DNA of 32,000 nucleotides from an uncultured Opitutales bacterium (GTDB lineage: Bacteria; Verrucomicrobiota; Verrucomicrobiia; Opitutales; UBA9783): NCBI GenBank assembly GCA_934691225.1, contig CAKUSQ010000001.1:150001-182000 (forward strand). The letters run 5' to 3'. Shown piece by piece: positions 19,813 through 29,038 of this stretch. Position 1 is the first letter of the stretch. The number at the start of each line of letters is the position of its first letter. Under the pieces are notes generated by a model. That model made no database searches. It saw only the letters and a program-made list of their open reading frames with translations, and was not told where the DNA came from. The translations under genes and the position numbers were made by a program.

Positions 19813-22035
19813 TTAACTATTAACAACCACGTCAGGAGGTGCTACCGAAATAGCTTCTAAAATCGTCGAAATACCATCCTTAACCTTCAACATAGCATCC
19901 TGGTGCAACGTTAACATTCCATTCTTTACAGCACACGCTTTGATCTTTTCTGTACCTAAATTATTGTTAATGGCATAAGTAATATCTTCATCATTAACCA
20001 TCAATTCATGAATACCAATACGTCCTCGCATTCCACTACCGCCACAAAAAGGACATCCTTTTTCATTAGCCTTTTTTACAGGACCTGACCAGTGAATAGC
20101 ATTTTCAAGTATTCGTCTTTCAGCCTCATTAGGTTCAACTTCTAAACAACACTTTGAACAAACACGTCGGATAAGTCGTTGGGCACAAACCACTAACAAA
20201 GAAGCTGAAACCATAAAAGGATCAATACCGATATCAGTAAAACGAGCAATCGTTGAAGGAGCATCATTTGTGTGCAAAGTACTTAACAGTAAATGCCCCG
20301 TAAGTGCTGCCTCAATAGCAATTTCAGCTGTTTCTCTATCACGAATTTCTCCCACTAAAATTACGTCTGGATCCATACGTAGAAATGACCTCAAAGCTGC
20401 TGCAAACGTCAATCCTATTGCTTTATGCGTCTGCATCTGATTAACACCAGCCAGTGTATATTCAATCGGATCTTCTGCTGTCTGTATGTTAATTTCTGGC
20501 GTTGAGATTTCTTTTAAGGCAGAAAATAATGTCATAGATTTTCCAGATCCCGTAGGGCCACAGTGCAAAATCATACCATAAGGCCGCTGAATGCATTCTC
20601 GATAAGTGGTCAAATTTTTTTCTGAAAAACCTAATGCTGTGATCGGTAAAGCTGACTTACGCTTGTCCAGAATACGCATAACAACCTTTTCACCAAACAT
20701 CGACGGACATGTAGCTACACGAAGGTCTATACTTAATTTTTTGCTGGTATAACGCGAGAAATCAATACGACCATCCTGCGGTAAACGCTTTTGTGCAATA
20801 TCTAGATCGCACATAATCTTTATACGAGCTACCACAGCTGCACACGACTTCAAAGGAAGATTAAGTTTTTCAACACAAACACCATCGATACGATACCGAA
20901 CAATAAGTCCTCTCTCTTGTGGTTCAATGTGTATATCACTCGCTCCTGCAAAATAGGCATCTTCAATAATTTGGTTGACCAATTTTACAATAGGAGCACT
21001 TACTTCATTTTCAGATTTTAACTTTTCCAGGTCAACATCTGAAGCAGCTTCCAATTCAGAATACTCACTTTCAATAAGATTGGTAATTTCATGGATAGTT
21101 TGACTCGCCGCAAAAACATCTTGACCTTCTGAAACATCCGGAAAGTGTGACTTAAATAATCGCTCAAACAGAGAAAACGGAACAACTATAACTTCATCTA
21201 TTGACAATTGTGTTTTTAACGAAAAAGACTCACGTCCTTGATAATCCAATGGATTTTTCATCAAAACACCCACACTGTGTTCATCGATACGTCTATAAGG
21301 GAAAACACCTGTTTTCTGTATAATTTCTCCGGATAAAGTAGATACAAAACGTTCATCTATTTCTAACTTATCTTCATCCACAACCAAAGGTGTATCGGTA
21401 AAACTGGAAATATAACGCGCGGTATCTAATTCATTGATTTCGTAACTAGGATCCAGAATTCTAAGCAGTAAAGCCGAAGTATATTCAGCAACTTCTTGTA
21501 AATAAATTAAATCTCCTTTGTCTAGATACTTCTTTCCAGAATTAGGTTCTTTATTTAAAACCTGAATAGCTCCAATAACGCGCTGATCTTTCAACGGAAC
21601 CGTTATCATAGATGTAATTTCGAAATCTGTATTTTTACTTAAAGTGAATAATTCATCGCTATTATCCACACTATTAAAAATATTGCTCTCACCGGTTTGA
21701 ATAACTTTACCTACTAAACCCGTACCTAAAGGAATACTTAATTGTAACAGTTGTTCCTTTTTTTCTTTAAATTTTTCTTCTAAACTCGTTTGTTCTGCCC
21801 ATAAAGATGGTGAATAATAAACATATTTGAAAGATATTTTCTCATTTTCAATCAAATACAACGTAATACTTTGCGCTTCTAAATCATCGATGATTTTCGT
21901 CGCCGTTAACTCTATAATCGAATCCAAATCCTCTCTCGTCGGCGTTGTTTTCGATAAAATCTTTAACAATAATGATCGTCTTAACGTCTTCGAAAGCGCA
22001 GATCTTTGTACGGTCCCAGATGCAATTCCAACCAT
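19813..22035 (-). CDS. GspE/PilB-family secretion ATPase with an N-terminal GAF domain
   Basis: The C-terminal half has Walker [11 protein letters not shown], Asp/His boxes ([22 protein letters not shown]) and a tetracysteine motif (CSKCC...CPFCGGSG). The central part is a T2SSE_N/MshEN-like region. The N-terminal ~170 aa are GAF-like ([12 protein letters not shown]...[19 protein letters not shown]). Confidence 0.88.
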   Translation of the reverse strand: MVGIASGTVQRSALSKTLRRSLLLKILSKTTPTREDLDSIIELTATKIIDDLEAQSITLYLIENEKISFKYVYYSPSLWAEQTSLEEKFKEKKEQLLQLSIPLGTGLVGKVIQTGESNIFNSVDNSDELFTLSKNTDFEITSMITVPLKDQRVIGAIQVLNKEPNSGKKYLDKGDLIYLQEVAEYTSALLLRILDPSYEINELDTARYISSFTDTPLVVDEDKLEIDERFVSTLSGEIIQKTGVFPYRRIDEHSVGVLMKNPLDYQGRESFSLKTQLSIDEVIVVPFSLFERLFKSHFPDVSEGQDVFAASQTIHEITNLIESEYSELEAASDVDLEKLKSENEVSAPIVKLVNQIIEDAYFAGASDIHIEPQERGLIVRYRIDGVCVEKLNLPLKSCAAVVARIKIMCDLDIAQKRLPQDGRIDFSRYTSKKLSIDLRVATCPSMFGEKVVMRILDKRKSALPITALGFSEKNLTTYRECIQRPYGMILHCGPTGSGKSMTLFSALKEISTPEINIQTAEDPIEYTLAGVNQMQTHKAIGLTFAAALRSFLRMDPDVILVGEIRDRETAEIAIEAALTGHLLLSTLHTNDAPSTIARFTDIGIDPFMVSASLLVVCAQRLIRRVCSKCCLEVEPNEAERRILENAIHWSGPVKKANEKGCPFCGGSGMRGRIGIHELMVNDEDITYAINNNLGTEKIKACAVKNGMLTLHQDAMLKVKDGISTILEAISVAPPDVVVNS

Positions 22036-22223
22036 AATGTTAGATTAATATAAATTTTTCTTTTACTCAAGCTTTTTAAAATACACCTCCACTTCATTCG
22101 CAACATTTTTGTTAAATAACCAGCTTAGCTTCGCATTTAATGGCTTACAAATACCAATTTTTGAAAAGAAGATAAAAAATAAGATTGACCCCGAAAGAAA
22201 ATTTTCGAATTCTGTATAGCATT

Positions 22224-22358
22224 ATGCAACCTACTTATTCACCATCTAAAATAAAAAGAGCTAGAATGTGCGGGTTTTTTGCAAGAAAAGCCACTAAAGG
22301 AGGACGTAAAGTTCTTGCTGCCAGACGTCGGAAAGGACGCAGGAAGCTGTGCGCATGA
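22224..22358 (+). CDS. rpmH: 50S ribosomal protein L34 (not in ORF track; below cutoff)
   Basis: [44 protein letters not shown] matches the L34 pattern (..QPS..KR.R.HGF..R..T..GR.VL..RR.KGR..L). It lies directly upstream of rnpA. Confidence 0.92.
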   Translation: MQPTYSPSKIKRARMCGFFARKATKGGRKVLAARRRKGRRKLCA

Positions 22359-22364
22359 TCGAAT

Positions 22365-22715
22365 GTGAAAAAAGAGCAAAAAATTTGTAAAAACAATGAC
22401 TTTAAAAACTTGTATCGTAATGGTTTAAAATTGCGATCTCAAGGTTTTGTGGTTTATTGCCGAAAATCTAAAACTCATCATCGTATGGGGATTGTTATTT
22501 CAAGGAAATTTGGGAATGCTGTTGTAAGAAACAAATTCAAAAGGCGCGTAAGAGCCTGGTTTACTTCTTACGATTTTGATGCTCAAACCCCTTACGATAT
22601 TTTGGTAATTGCAACACACACTGATGTTACACACTTAACATTTAATTCGCTTACAACAAAACTAAACGAGGTTCTTGGTAAGTTTTTAAAGCTTAACGCG
22701 TCTTATGAATTTTAA
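22365..22715 (+). CDS. rnpA: RNase P protein component
   Basis: GTG start. 116 aa and basic, with the ...GIVISRKFGNAVVRNKFKRRVR.. RNR-like motif. The rpmH-rnpA-yidD-yidC synteny is conserved. Confidence 0.88.
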   Translation: MKKEQKICKNNDFKNLYRNGLKLRSQGFVVYCRKSKTHHRMGIVISRKFGNAVVRNKFKRRVRAWFTSYDFDAQTPYDILVIATHTDVTHLTFNSLTTKLNEVLGKFLKLNASYEF

Positions 22716-22971
22716 ATTAAAAATAGAACTATATTGTACAAAATTGATGTATTTAGGAGTTATTTTTTATAAAAAGTTCATTTCTCCTTGTCGATATTTT
22801 TTGCGTGTTTGTTTTGGAATTACCTGCGAGTGTCGCTTCACTCCTACATGTTCGGATTACGCACTTCAATGTTTGCAAAAATATTCTCCTCTGCGTGCAT
22901 TTTACCTTATTTCTAAACGTCTTTTGCGCTGCCATCCGCTTTGCCATGGTGGTTATGATCCTATCCCTTAA
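22705..22971 (+). CDS. yidD: membrane protein insertion efficiency factor YidD
   Basis: YKKFISP....CRFTPTCSDYALQCL...RLLRCHPLCHGGYDPIP is the canonical YidD signature. The start overlaps rnpA by 11 nt. Confidence 0.88.
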   Translation: MNFKLKIELYCTKLMYLGVIFYKKFISPCRYFLRVCFGITCECRFTPTCSDYALQCLQKYSPLRAFYLISKRLLRCHPLCHGGYDPIP

Positions 22972-22977
22972 AATCTT

Positions 22978-24618
22978 ATGGATAAAAAAAATTTTATAAT
23001 TGGAATTACTTGTTTATTCGCAGCTTTCACATTGTTTCTTAATCAAGAAAAACAATTGCGTGAAAACTTAAATCAAACGGCAGTCACCTCTTCAAATAAA
23101 CCGGAAGCACCCACAACTGCACCCGACCAAACACCAAGCCGTGTTCATTATTTTCAACCCACTATTTCTGCCGCAAAAATCTTAACGCTTGAAAATGATG
23201 TTATTCGCGTAAATTTTTCGGATGTAGGTGGAGCTATCCAGTCGATTGAACTTAAACATTATTGTGCAGATCAAAATAAGGAAACGCCTTACTTATTCAA
23301 CAAAAATGCAACTATTCCTGCCTTAATGCTTGCATGGAATTCAAAAACTCCAATCACAAATTCATTTGCTGTAACTGAAAAAACAGAAAACTTCATTCAA
23401 TTTAGCACTACACTTTCAGATGGAACAACAATCGTTCGAGGATATCGCCTTGAAAAATCCGATGCAAGTAACCCTTACATTATAAAGAACGAATTTTCGG
23501 TTCAACAGTCCCAACTCACGCATGATCACATTTTTTTACACTTGGGAATGATGCCCGACACACCTGGAGACAAATATTTAGAATACTTGAATTTTAGTGC
23601 CTTTGATGGTAAAAAAGCTGACTTTAAACGAATTGCCGATTTTGAACCAAGCAGTGGATTTTTAGGATTTGGCAAACACGATGGTCATCCTTATTTACAG
23701 GGAAACGATTCTTATATTTGGGGAGCTTTAAAAAATCAGTTCTTTGTAGCCATTTTAACGCCAAAAACACCGGCTGATGGGTACATTACATTTCCCAAAA
23801 AACAAGGTAAGCAAAATACAATTGAAGGAATCTTACAGTTTAATCTAAATAGCACTCATACGCGCATCACATCTGACTATTACGTGGGGCCTAAAGATTT
23901 TATCCTTCTTGATAAAATGGGAAAAAGTCAAGATCAACTCATGCAATTTGGATTTTTTGGCGCTGTTAGCAAATTGCTTTTAATGTCTATGCGCGGTATT
24001 CATTCTTTTGTACCTAACTGGGGATGGACAATCATTGTTCTTACTATTATTATTAAGCTGCTATTGTGGCCTATCACACAAGCTCAGTTACGTTCTTCTA
24101 AAAAAATGGCATCCATTCAAGAGCCACTGAAGAAAATTCGTGAAAAATACAAAAGCAATCCACAAAAACTTCAAATGGAAACCATGAAACTATTTAAAGA
24201 AAATCGCGTAAATCCGGCTGCAGGATGCTTGCCAGTATTTATCCAAATTCCTATCTTTATTGGGTTATATTACATGCTACGTACCTCGTCAGAAATACGA
24301 TTTCAGTCATTTCTTTGGATTCAAGACCTTTCTGTTCCAGACACTATTGGATTTATAGGATCCTTTCCTATCAACATTTTACCATTAATCATGGGTATCA
24401 CCATGTTCGTACAGATGAAAATTACGCCAACCCCTTCCATGGATGGAATGCAGCAAAAAGTTATTATGTGGATGCCTTTTATATTCCTCATTTTTTGCTA
24501 CAGTTTCCCAGCAGCCTTGGTGTTATACTGGACAGTTCAAAATCTTTTTACCATTTTTCAGCAATGGTTAACAAATCGCTCTTTAAAAAAAGTTCAAACA
24601 ACAACCCTTAATCAATAA
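22978..24618 (+). CDS. yidC: membrane protein insertase YidC (long diderm form with a periplasmic domain)
   Basis: 546 aa: an N-terminal TM segment, a large periplasmic domain, and a C-terminal 60-kDa IMP core (WGWTIIVLTIIIKLLLWPIT..Q..S..KM..IQP....I.EKYK.....Q.E.MKL.KE..VNP..GCLP..IQIPIF..LY). Confidence 0.95.
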   Translation: MDKKNFIIGITCLFAAFTLFLNQEKQLRENLNQTAVTSSNKPEAPTTAPDQTPSRVHYFQPTISAAKILTLENDVIRVNFSDVGGAIQSIELKHYCADQNKETPYLFNKNATIPALMLAWNSKTPITNSFAVTEKTENFIQFSTTLSDGTTIVRGYRLEKSDASNPYIIKNEFSVQQSQLTHDHIFLHLGMMPDTPGDKYLEYLNFSAFDGKKADFKRIADFEPSSGFLGFGKHDGHPYLQGNDSYIWGALKNQFFVAILTPKTPADGYITFPKKQGKQNTIEGILQFNLNSTHTRITSDYYVGPKDFILLDKMGKSQDQLMQFGFFGAVSKLLLMSMRGIHSFVPNWGWTIIVLTIIIKLLLWPITQAQLRSSKKMASIQEPLKKIREKYKSNPQKLQMETMKLFKENRVNPAAGCLPVFIQIPIFIGLYYMLRTSSEIRFQSFLWIQDLSVPDTIGFIGSFPINILPLIMGITMFVQMKITPTPSMDGMQQKVIMWMPFIFLIFCYSFPAALVLYWTVQNLFTIFQQWLTNRSLKKVQTTTLNQ

Positions 24619-24626
24619 ATTTAATC

Positions 24627-25373
24627 ATGTCAGGACATAGTAAATGGTCTACGATCAAACGTCATAAAGCGTTAGTTGACGCTAAACGAGGAAAAATGTT
24701 TAGCATCATTGGCAAAGAAATTACCTTAGCTGTAAAAACAGGCGGCAAAAACGCTGATTTTAACCCACAATTACGCGCATTGTTGGCCAAAGCCAAATCA
24801 GCCAATATGCCTAATGAAAACATACAAAAAGCGATTCAAAAAGGAACAGGAGAAATACCAGGACTTCAAATTGAAGAATTGATTTACGAAGGTTACGGTC
24901 CAGGTGGCGTTGGTTTCATTGTTGAAGTTACCACCGATAATAAAAATCGAGCTGTTTCCGATGTTCGAAACGCGTTTTCAAAGTGTGGCGGAAATCTAGC
25001 CAATTCGGGCGCACTTGCTTTCACATTTCAACGCAAAGGTCAGTTTTTTATCTCAAAAGATAAAGTCAATGAAGATAAATTATTGGAAATAGCTCTAGAC
25101 GCAGGTGCAGAAGACGTAACAACGGAAGAAGATCATTACGAAGTTGTTTGCGAAGTTGCTGAATTTTATAAAGTTTCTAAGGCATTTGAAGATGCGAAAA
25201 TTGAGCCTGAATCTTCAGATTTGGTTTATTTACCACTAACAACTATCCCTATTAATGATGCAGATTTAGGCAGCAAATTATTAAAACTTGTAGAACGCCT
25301 CGAAGACCTTGAAGATGTTAAGGAAGTTTACACCAATTATGAACTTGATCCAGCTTTAAATCTGGAAGCATAA
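24627..25373 (+). CDS. yebC: YebC/PmpR-family probable transcriptional regulator
   Basis: MSGHSKWSTIKRHKALVDAKRGKMFS...YEGYGPGGV...VEV.TDNKNR is the hallmark YebC N-terminus. 248 aa. Confidence 0.93.
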   Translation: MSGHSKWSTIKRHKALVDAKRGKMFSIIGKEITLAVKTGGKNADFNPQLRALLAKAKSANMPNENIQKAIQKGTGEIPGLQIEELIYEGYGPGGVGFIVEVTTDNKNRAVSDVRNAFSKCGGNLANSGALAFTFQRKGQFFISKDKVNEDKLLEIALDAGAEDVTTEEDHYEVVCEVAEFYKVSKAFEDAKIEPESSDLVYLPLTTIPINDADLGSKLLKLVERLEDLEDVKEVYTNYELDPALNLEA

Positions 25374-26068
25374 TGGAAATTCTTTCAGAAAATCCAGATT
25401 GGTTATGCGCGATCAAACCTAATAATTGCACAACGCAAGTTTTCGTACAAACATTAAAGTCAATCTTCGTAGAAACAAAATTTGCGTGCATCTATGATTT
25501 AGATGAAAATGTTGCAGGCCCTATTTTGTTGGCCAAAAACATAAATGCACGTAACTTTTTAAAAAATGCTTACGGCTCTAACTGTTTTAAGTTCACATTT
25601 TACGCCTATGGATCGTGCCATAAATTAAGTCCTAATCATTGGGAATGTGATCTTTCAATCGCCTGGGATGAACAAAAAAAACGATCGTATCCATCCAAAC
25701 AAACGGGTAAAAAAGCATCTACGCAATTTACAATTGAAAAAGCTTATGGGAATTATGTTTATGTAAAATGTGTAACTCACTATTTACGAAAGCAACAAAT
25801 TCCTATTCATTCTCATTTTTCGTACTTTGACATTTTGGGCGATAATTTATGGAATGCCCATCCACAATTTATTTATTTAAAAAACCTCAAAAATATTGTA
25901 AAAAAACCATCTCACGCCCCTATTTTTTCAAATCTTCATCTATTGTTAACGCAGGTAGAGTTTGAATTTCAAGGACAACTCATCTCAATTTCATACCCAT
26001 TGCCCAAAAACTGGCAACTTATTGAAAAAGTTTTAACCAATTACTGCAAAACATCGCAAAGTCAGTGA
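25373..26068 (+). CDS. divergent RluA-family pseudouridine synthase-like protein
   Basis: It is collinear by eye with E. coli RluA. ILSENPDWLCAIKP aligns with ILYQDDHIMVVNKP. IYDLDENVAGPILLAKN aligns with VHRLDMATSGVIVVALT, so the catalytic Asp is kept but H-R becomes Y-D. ILGDNLW aligns with ILGDRFY. Confidence 0.55.
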   Translation: MEILSENPDWLCAIKPNNCTTQVFVQTLKSIFVETKFACIYDLDENVAGPILLAKNINARNFLKNAYGSNCFKFTFYAYGSCHKLSPNHWECDLSIAWDEQKKRSYPSKQTGKKASTQFTIEKAYGNYVYVKCVTHYLRKQQIPIHSHFSYFDILGDNLWNAHPQFIYLKNLKNIVKKPSHAPIFSNLHLLLTQVEFEFQGQLISISYPLPKNWQLIEKVLTNYCKTSQSQ

Positions 26069-26428
26069 GTTTGTAGTCTATAAGCCAGATTCTGTACATT
26101 TTTCAATGCCGCATTCATTTATCTAACAACTTAGTTGCTCTCTTTTCGAGTGCGACGAACCCGAAGTTATCAAGCGGGCCACTTAACTCCCTATTTCGTC
26201 TTGCACCAAATTGGGTTTATCCTGCCATCAACATCGCTGCTCATGCGGTGAGCTCTTACCTCGCCTTTTCACCCTTACCGTTTCTCAATTTATACTTAAA
26301 AAATGGCGGTTTATTTTCTGTGACACTAGCCGTCCAAGTTTAACTTGTCCCTCATTTTCATGAGGAATTTTGCCCTGTGGTGTCCGGACTTTCCTCTCCT
26401 TTTGGAGCGAATGCGCAACTACAAACTC
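26069..26428 (-). ncRNA. rnpB: RNase P RNA (bacterial type A), ~360 nt
   Basis: The reverse complement contains GAGAGGAAAGTCCGGACACCACAGGGCA (P4 5' strand), GGTAAGGGTGAAAAGGCGAGGTAAGAGCTCACCGC (P10-P12 region) and ACAGAATCTGGCTTATAGACTACAAAC (P4 3' strand/P1). The termini pair (AGTTTGTAGT / ACTACAAACT). Confidence 0.9.
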
Positions 26429-26540
26429 TTATTTAAAAAACTAAATTTTTAAGATAATTGCAATCCTAAACATTCACTTTTTAACACAAACAAAAACATC
26501 ATTGAGGAAAAATAAAATGCCATCAAGGCCTTATAGAAAA

Positions 26541-26617
26541 TGGCGGGATGGACGAGACTCGAACTCGCGACCTCCTGCGTGACAGGCAGGCGTTCTAACC
26601 AGCTGAACTACCACCCC
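26541..26617 (-). tRNA. tRNA-Asp(GTC): tRNA-Asp (anticodon GTC), CCA encoded
   Basis: Reverse complement: GGGGTGGTAGTTCAGCTGGTTAGAACGCCTGCCTGTCACGCAGGAGGTCGCGAGTTCGAGTCTCGTCCATCCCGCCA. The anticodon loop is CTGTCAC. Confidence 0.93.
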
Positions 26618-26717
26618 GCGATAATTAACTACATATTTAAGAGTAAATTCACTTACATGTATGTCAATGCTTTTTTTCAAAAATCGTTAAACCATGCATA
26701 CACAAAGATTAAATCTC

Positions 26718-26792
26718 TGGAGCCGGCTGTCAGAGTTGAACTGACGACCGTCCGCTTACAAGGCGGGTGCTCTGCCACTGAGCTAAGCCGGC
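26718..26792 (-). tRNA. tRNA-Thr(TGT): tRNA-Thr (anticodon TGT), CCA encoded
   Basis: Reverse complement: GCCGGCTTAGCTCAGTGGCAGAGCACCCGCCTTGTAAGCGGACGGTCGTCAGTTCAACTCTGACAGCCGGCTCCA. The anticodon loop is CTTGTAA. Confidence 0.9.
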
Positions 26793-26795
26793 GCA

Positions 26796-26871
<76 letters not shown>

Positions 26872-26996
26872 AAAACAATATTAAGTTTGACGTATTTTTC
26901 TTAAAAATCAAGCCTTTATGTAAAAATTTTAGACATCATACATTTTAAATGAAAATATCAACTTTTTCACATACATTTTTACTATAGATGATTACA

Positions 26997-27028
26997 CAAA
27001 AAAACCACGGCAAAACCGTGGATTTTTC
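26997..27028. terminator. bidirectional rho-independent terminator
   Basis: AAAAAA-CCACGG-CAAAA-CCGTGG-ATTTTT. The GC-rich 6-bp stem is flanked by an A-run and a T-run. It lies 30 nt downstream of the minus-strand Cys-rich gene. Confidence 0.7.
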
Positions 27029-27057
27029 TTAAAACTTTCAGTTTTTTGTATTGTGAA

Positions 27058-27327
27058 TTACTTTTCAGAATCTTTGTTTTGTTCTAACGTTTGAATTTTT
27101 TCACAATCCTTAATAATGCAGGCTTTCTTTATTTCCTGAGATTTTTCATCCTTTTCACATTCAGAACAGCAACAAGCTTTCTCACAAGAACGACATATGG
27201 AAGTACTTCCCTCAGCACACGTTAAAGCAGCTCCACACTTTTCACAAAAGCTATTTTCGCCAAAGGTCAAACCTCCAGCCAACATTGTTGAAAACATTCC
27301 AAATTTTAATAAGTTTTTAATATTCAT
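27058..27327 (-). CDS. small secreted cysteine-rich protein (89 aa, 11 Cys), hypothetical
   Basis: It has an N-terminal signal-like segment (MNIKNLLKFGMFSTMLAGGLTFG), then FCEKCGAALTCAEGSTSICRSCEKACCCSECEK...ACIIKDCEK and an acidic/Lys-rich tail. It has its own terminator. Confidence 0.6.
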   Translation of the reverse strand: MNIKNLLKFGMFSTMLAGGLTFGENSFCEKCGAALTCAEGSTSICRSCEKACCCSECEKDEKSQEIKKACIIKDCEKIQTLEQNKDSEK

Positions 27328-27364
27328 AGATCAATAAATCGGATATTTTTATAAAAGTTTAATT

Positions 27365-27395
27365 TTTATAAAAGAGGAGCTTAAACAAAGCTCCT
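27365..27395 (-). terminator. rho-independent terminator of fbaB
   Basis: The minus strand reads AGGAGCTT-TGTTT-AAGCTCCT followed by CTTTTATAAAAAT. The stem is 8 bp, and it lies 24 nt after the fbaB stop. Confidence 0.6.
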
Positions 27396-27418
27396 TAATG
27401 AGTAAATCTTGCAATAAA

Positions 27419-28471
27419 TTACGCAACTGTAATAGATTTATCCAAATAAACATCTTGGACAGCATGCAGCAATTCTACCCCATCTGCAAATGGTTTTTGG
27501 AATGCCTTACGTCCTAAAATGAGTCCCATACCACCTGCACGTTTATTGATAACTGCTGTAGCAATGGCATCCATAAAATCATTATCTCCAGAAGCCCCTC
27601 CAGAATTAATAAGACCAATACGTCCCATATAACCATTCGCCACCTGATAACGTGTTAAATCAATAGGATGATCCGTGGTTAATTCTGTATACACTTTTTC
27701 ATGCGTTTTTCCAAATTTAGGCAAAGACTTGAAACCACCATTATTGGTTGGCAATTTTTGCTTAACAATATCAGCACCCAATGTAGCACCTAAATGATTA
27801 GCTTGTCCCGTCAAATCCGCACTGGTATGGTAATCTTTATCGGATTTAAATGCAGGATTTCGCAAATAACACCACAATATAGTGGCCAATCCAAGTTCAT
27901 GAGCACGCGCAAAAGCAGCACTTGTTTCTTCGATTTGACGGCTTGATTCCTGTGAACCAAAATAAATCGTTGCTCCAACGGCTACTGCTCCCATATCCAA
28001 AGCTTGCTCAACTTCAGCAAAGTAAATTTGATCAAATTTATTAGGATAAGTAAGCAACTCATTGTGATTTAGCTTTACAATAAATGGAATTTTGTGTGCA
28101 TATTTACGCGCTACACTGGCTAAAACACCGTAAGTAGAAGCAATGCCATTGCAACCCCCTTCCATAGCTAAACGTACCAAATTTTCTGGATCAAAATAAT
28201 CTGGATTAGGTGCAAAACTTGCTCCTGCAGAATGTTCAACGCCCTGATCAACTGGCAAAATTGAGATGTAACCTGTATTCGCTAAACGTCCATGGTTACG
28301 CAAACGCATCAAACTATTTAAAACTTGGTTCGAACGATCGCTGTTAACAAAAACCTGTTCAACAAAATCAGGATTTGGCAAAGCTAATTTTTCTTTGGCA
28401 ATCGTCTTGCAAACATGCTGCGTTAAAAAACCTTTATCTTCATCTAAAAAACGCTGAATATATTTATTCAT
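27419..28471 (-). CDS. fbaB: class I fructose-bisphosphate aldolase (DhnA/FbaB type)
   Basis: 350 aa, near-collinear with E. coli FbaB as I recall it: ...[67 protein letters not shown]...[30 protein letters not shown]...[20 protein letters not shown]...[19 protein letters not shown]...[11 protein letters not shown]. Confidence 0.95.
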   Translation of the reverse strand: MNKYIQRFLDEDKGFLTQHVCKTIAKEKLALPNPDFVEQVFVNSDRSNQVLNSLMRLRNHGRLANTGYISILPVDQGVEHSAGASFAPNPDYFDPENLVRLAMEGGCNGIASTYGVLASVARKYAHKIPFIVKLNHNELLTYPNKFDQIYFAEVEQALDMGAVAVGATIYFGSQESSRQIEETSAAFARAHELGLATILWCYLRNPAFKSDKDYHTSADLTGQANHLGATLGADIVKQKLPTNNGGFKSLPKFGKTHEKVYTELTTDHPIDLTRYQVANGYMGRIGLINSGGASGDNDFMDAIATAVINKRAGGMGLILGRKAFQKPFADGVELLHAVQDVYLDKSITVA

Positions 28472-28554
28472 AATTTTAATAATAACGGTTTTTCTTAAAA
28501 AGTCTCTAGCTTTTTTCGAAAATTTTATAACTTCAAAAACTTACCCAAACGTAC

Positions 28555-28887
28555 CTATATATGTTTATCTTTATTCTCTGTTTTATCCGCTAATTTACTC
28601 AAAAACTGGATTCCATTAGGGTGTATACCTAATAAAAATTTCTCACTTTCGTATGACACAACAGCCAAATATTGACGTCCTCCTAACGATTTCGTCTCTA
28701 AGATCGTCAGTTTTTTAACCGACTTTCCAACCTTCATTCGACCTGATTTTTGACGAAAATGCGAATAAGCATAAGCCATAGCGACAATAACCATGACAAT
28801 ACCTATCACTTGAACCATCAAAGTTACTGAAGGAATATCTCCTTCCAAATTATGCATACCATGTGCTAAAATTCTCCAACTATTCAT
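28555..28887 (-). CDS. FliO-like single-pass membrane protein (orphan)
   Basis: 110 aa: one TM segment (VTLMVQVIGIVMVIVAMAYAY), a basic stretch, then KKLTILETKSLGGRQYLAVVSYESEKFLLGIHPNGIQFLSKL. This parallels E. coli FliO (LKISASASLGARERVVVVDVEDARLVLGVTAGQINLLHKL). No fliP, fliQ or fliR gene is adjacent. Confidence 0.5.
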   Translation of the reverse strand: MNSWRILAHGMHNLEGDIPSVTLMVQVIGIVMVIVAMAYAYSHFRQKSGRMKVGKSVKKLTILETKSLGGRQYLAVVSYESEKFLLGIHPNGIQFLSKLADKTENKDKHI

Positions 28888-28931
28888 TTATCTATCTTTT
28901 ATACTAAATATTATAATTATAAAATCTAATT

Positions 28932-28962
28932 TAAAAAAATACAATCCATTAATGTCATGGAT
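28932..28962 (-). terminator. weak candidate terminator downstream of the transporter gene
   Basis: The minus strand reads ATCCAT-GACATTA-ATGGAT followed by TGTATTTTTTT. The 6-bp stem is AT-rich, so support is modest. Confidence 0.35.
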
Positions 28963-29038
28963 GGGAAGATTTCCAAATTCGTACGCTTTTCTTTCATTAT
29001 TTTATATAACGATTAAAATCAAACGATCGGTTGAGTAC

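Noticed and set aside
22036-22223. A possible chromosomal replication origin next to rpmH-rnpA-yidC
   Set aside because: The rpmH neighbourhood often flanks dnaA/oriC. Here no dnaA gene is present, and I found no TTATCCACA-like DnaA boxes in the 188-nt spacer. It reads as a divergent promoter region for gspE and rpmH.
24225-24611. A 128-aa alternative-frame ORF within yidC. Similar nested or antisense ORFs occur at 77-283, 141-488, 1163-1360, 7284-7505, 7796-8014, 8190-8917, 14807-15037, 16934-17387, 19464-19646, 21827-22048, 22753-22999, 30006-30188, 30323-30517, 30661-30846, 31401-31625 and 31785-31988
   Set aside because: Each is embedded in a longer ORF that has strong family-level motifs. 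Their sequences are low-complexity or Cys/Phe/Leu-rich, as expected from off-frame translation of AT-rich genes.
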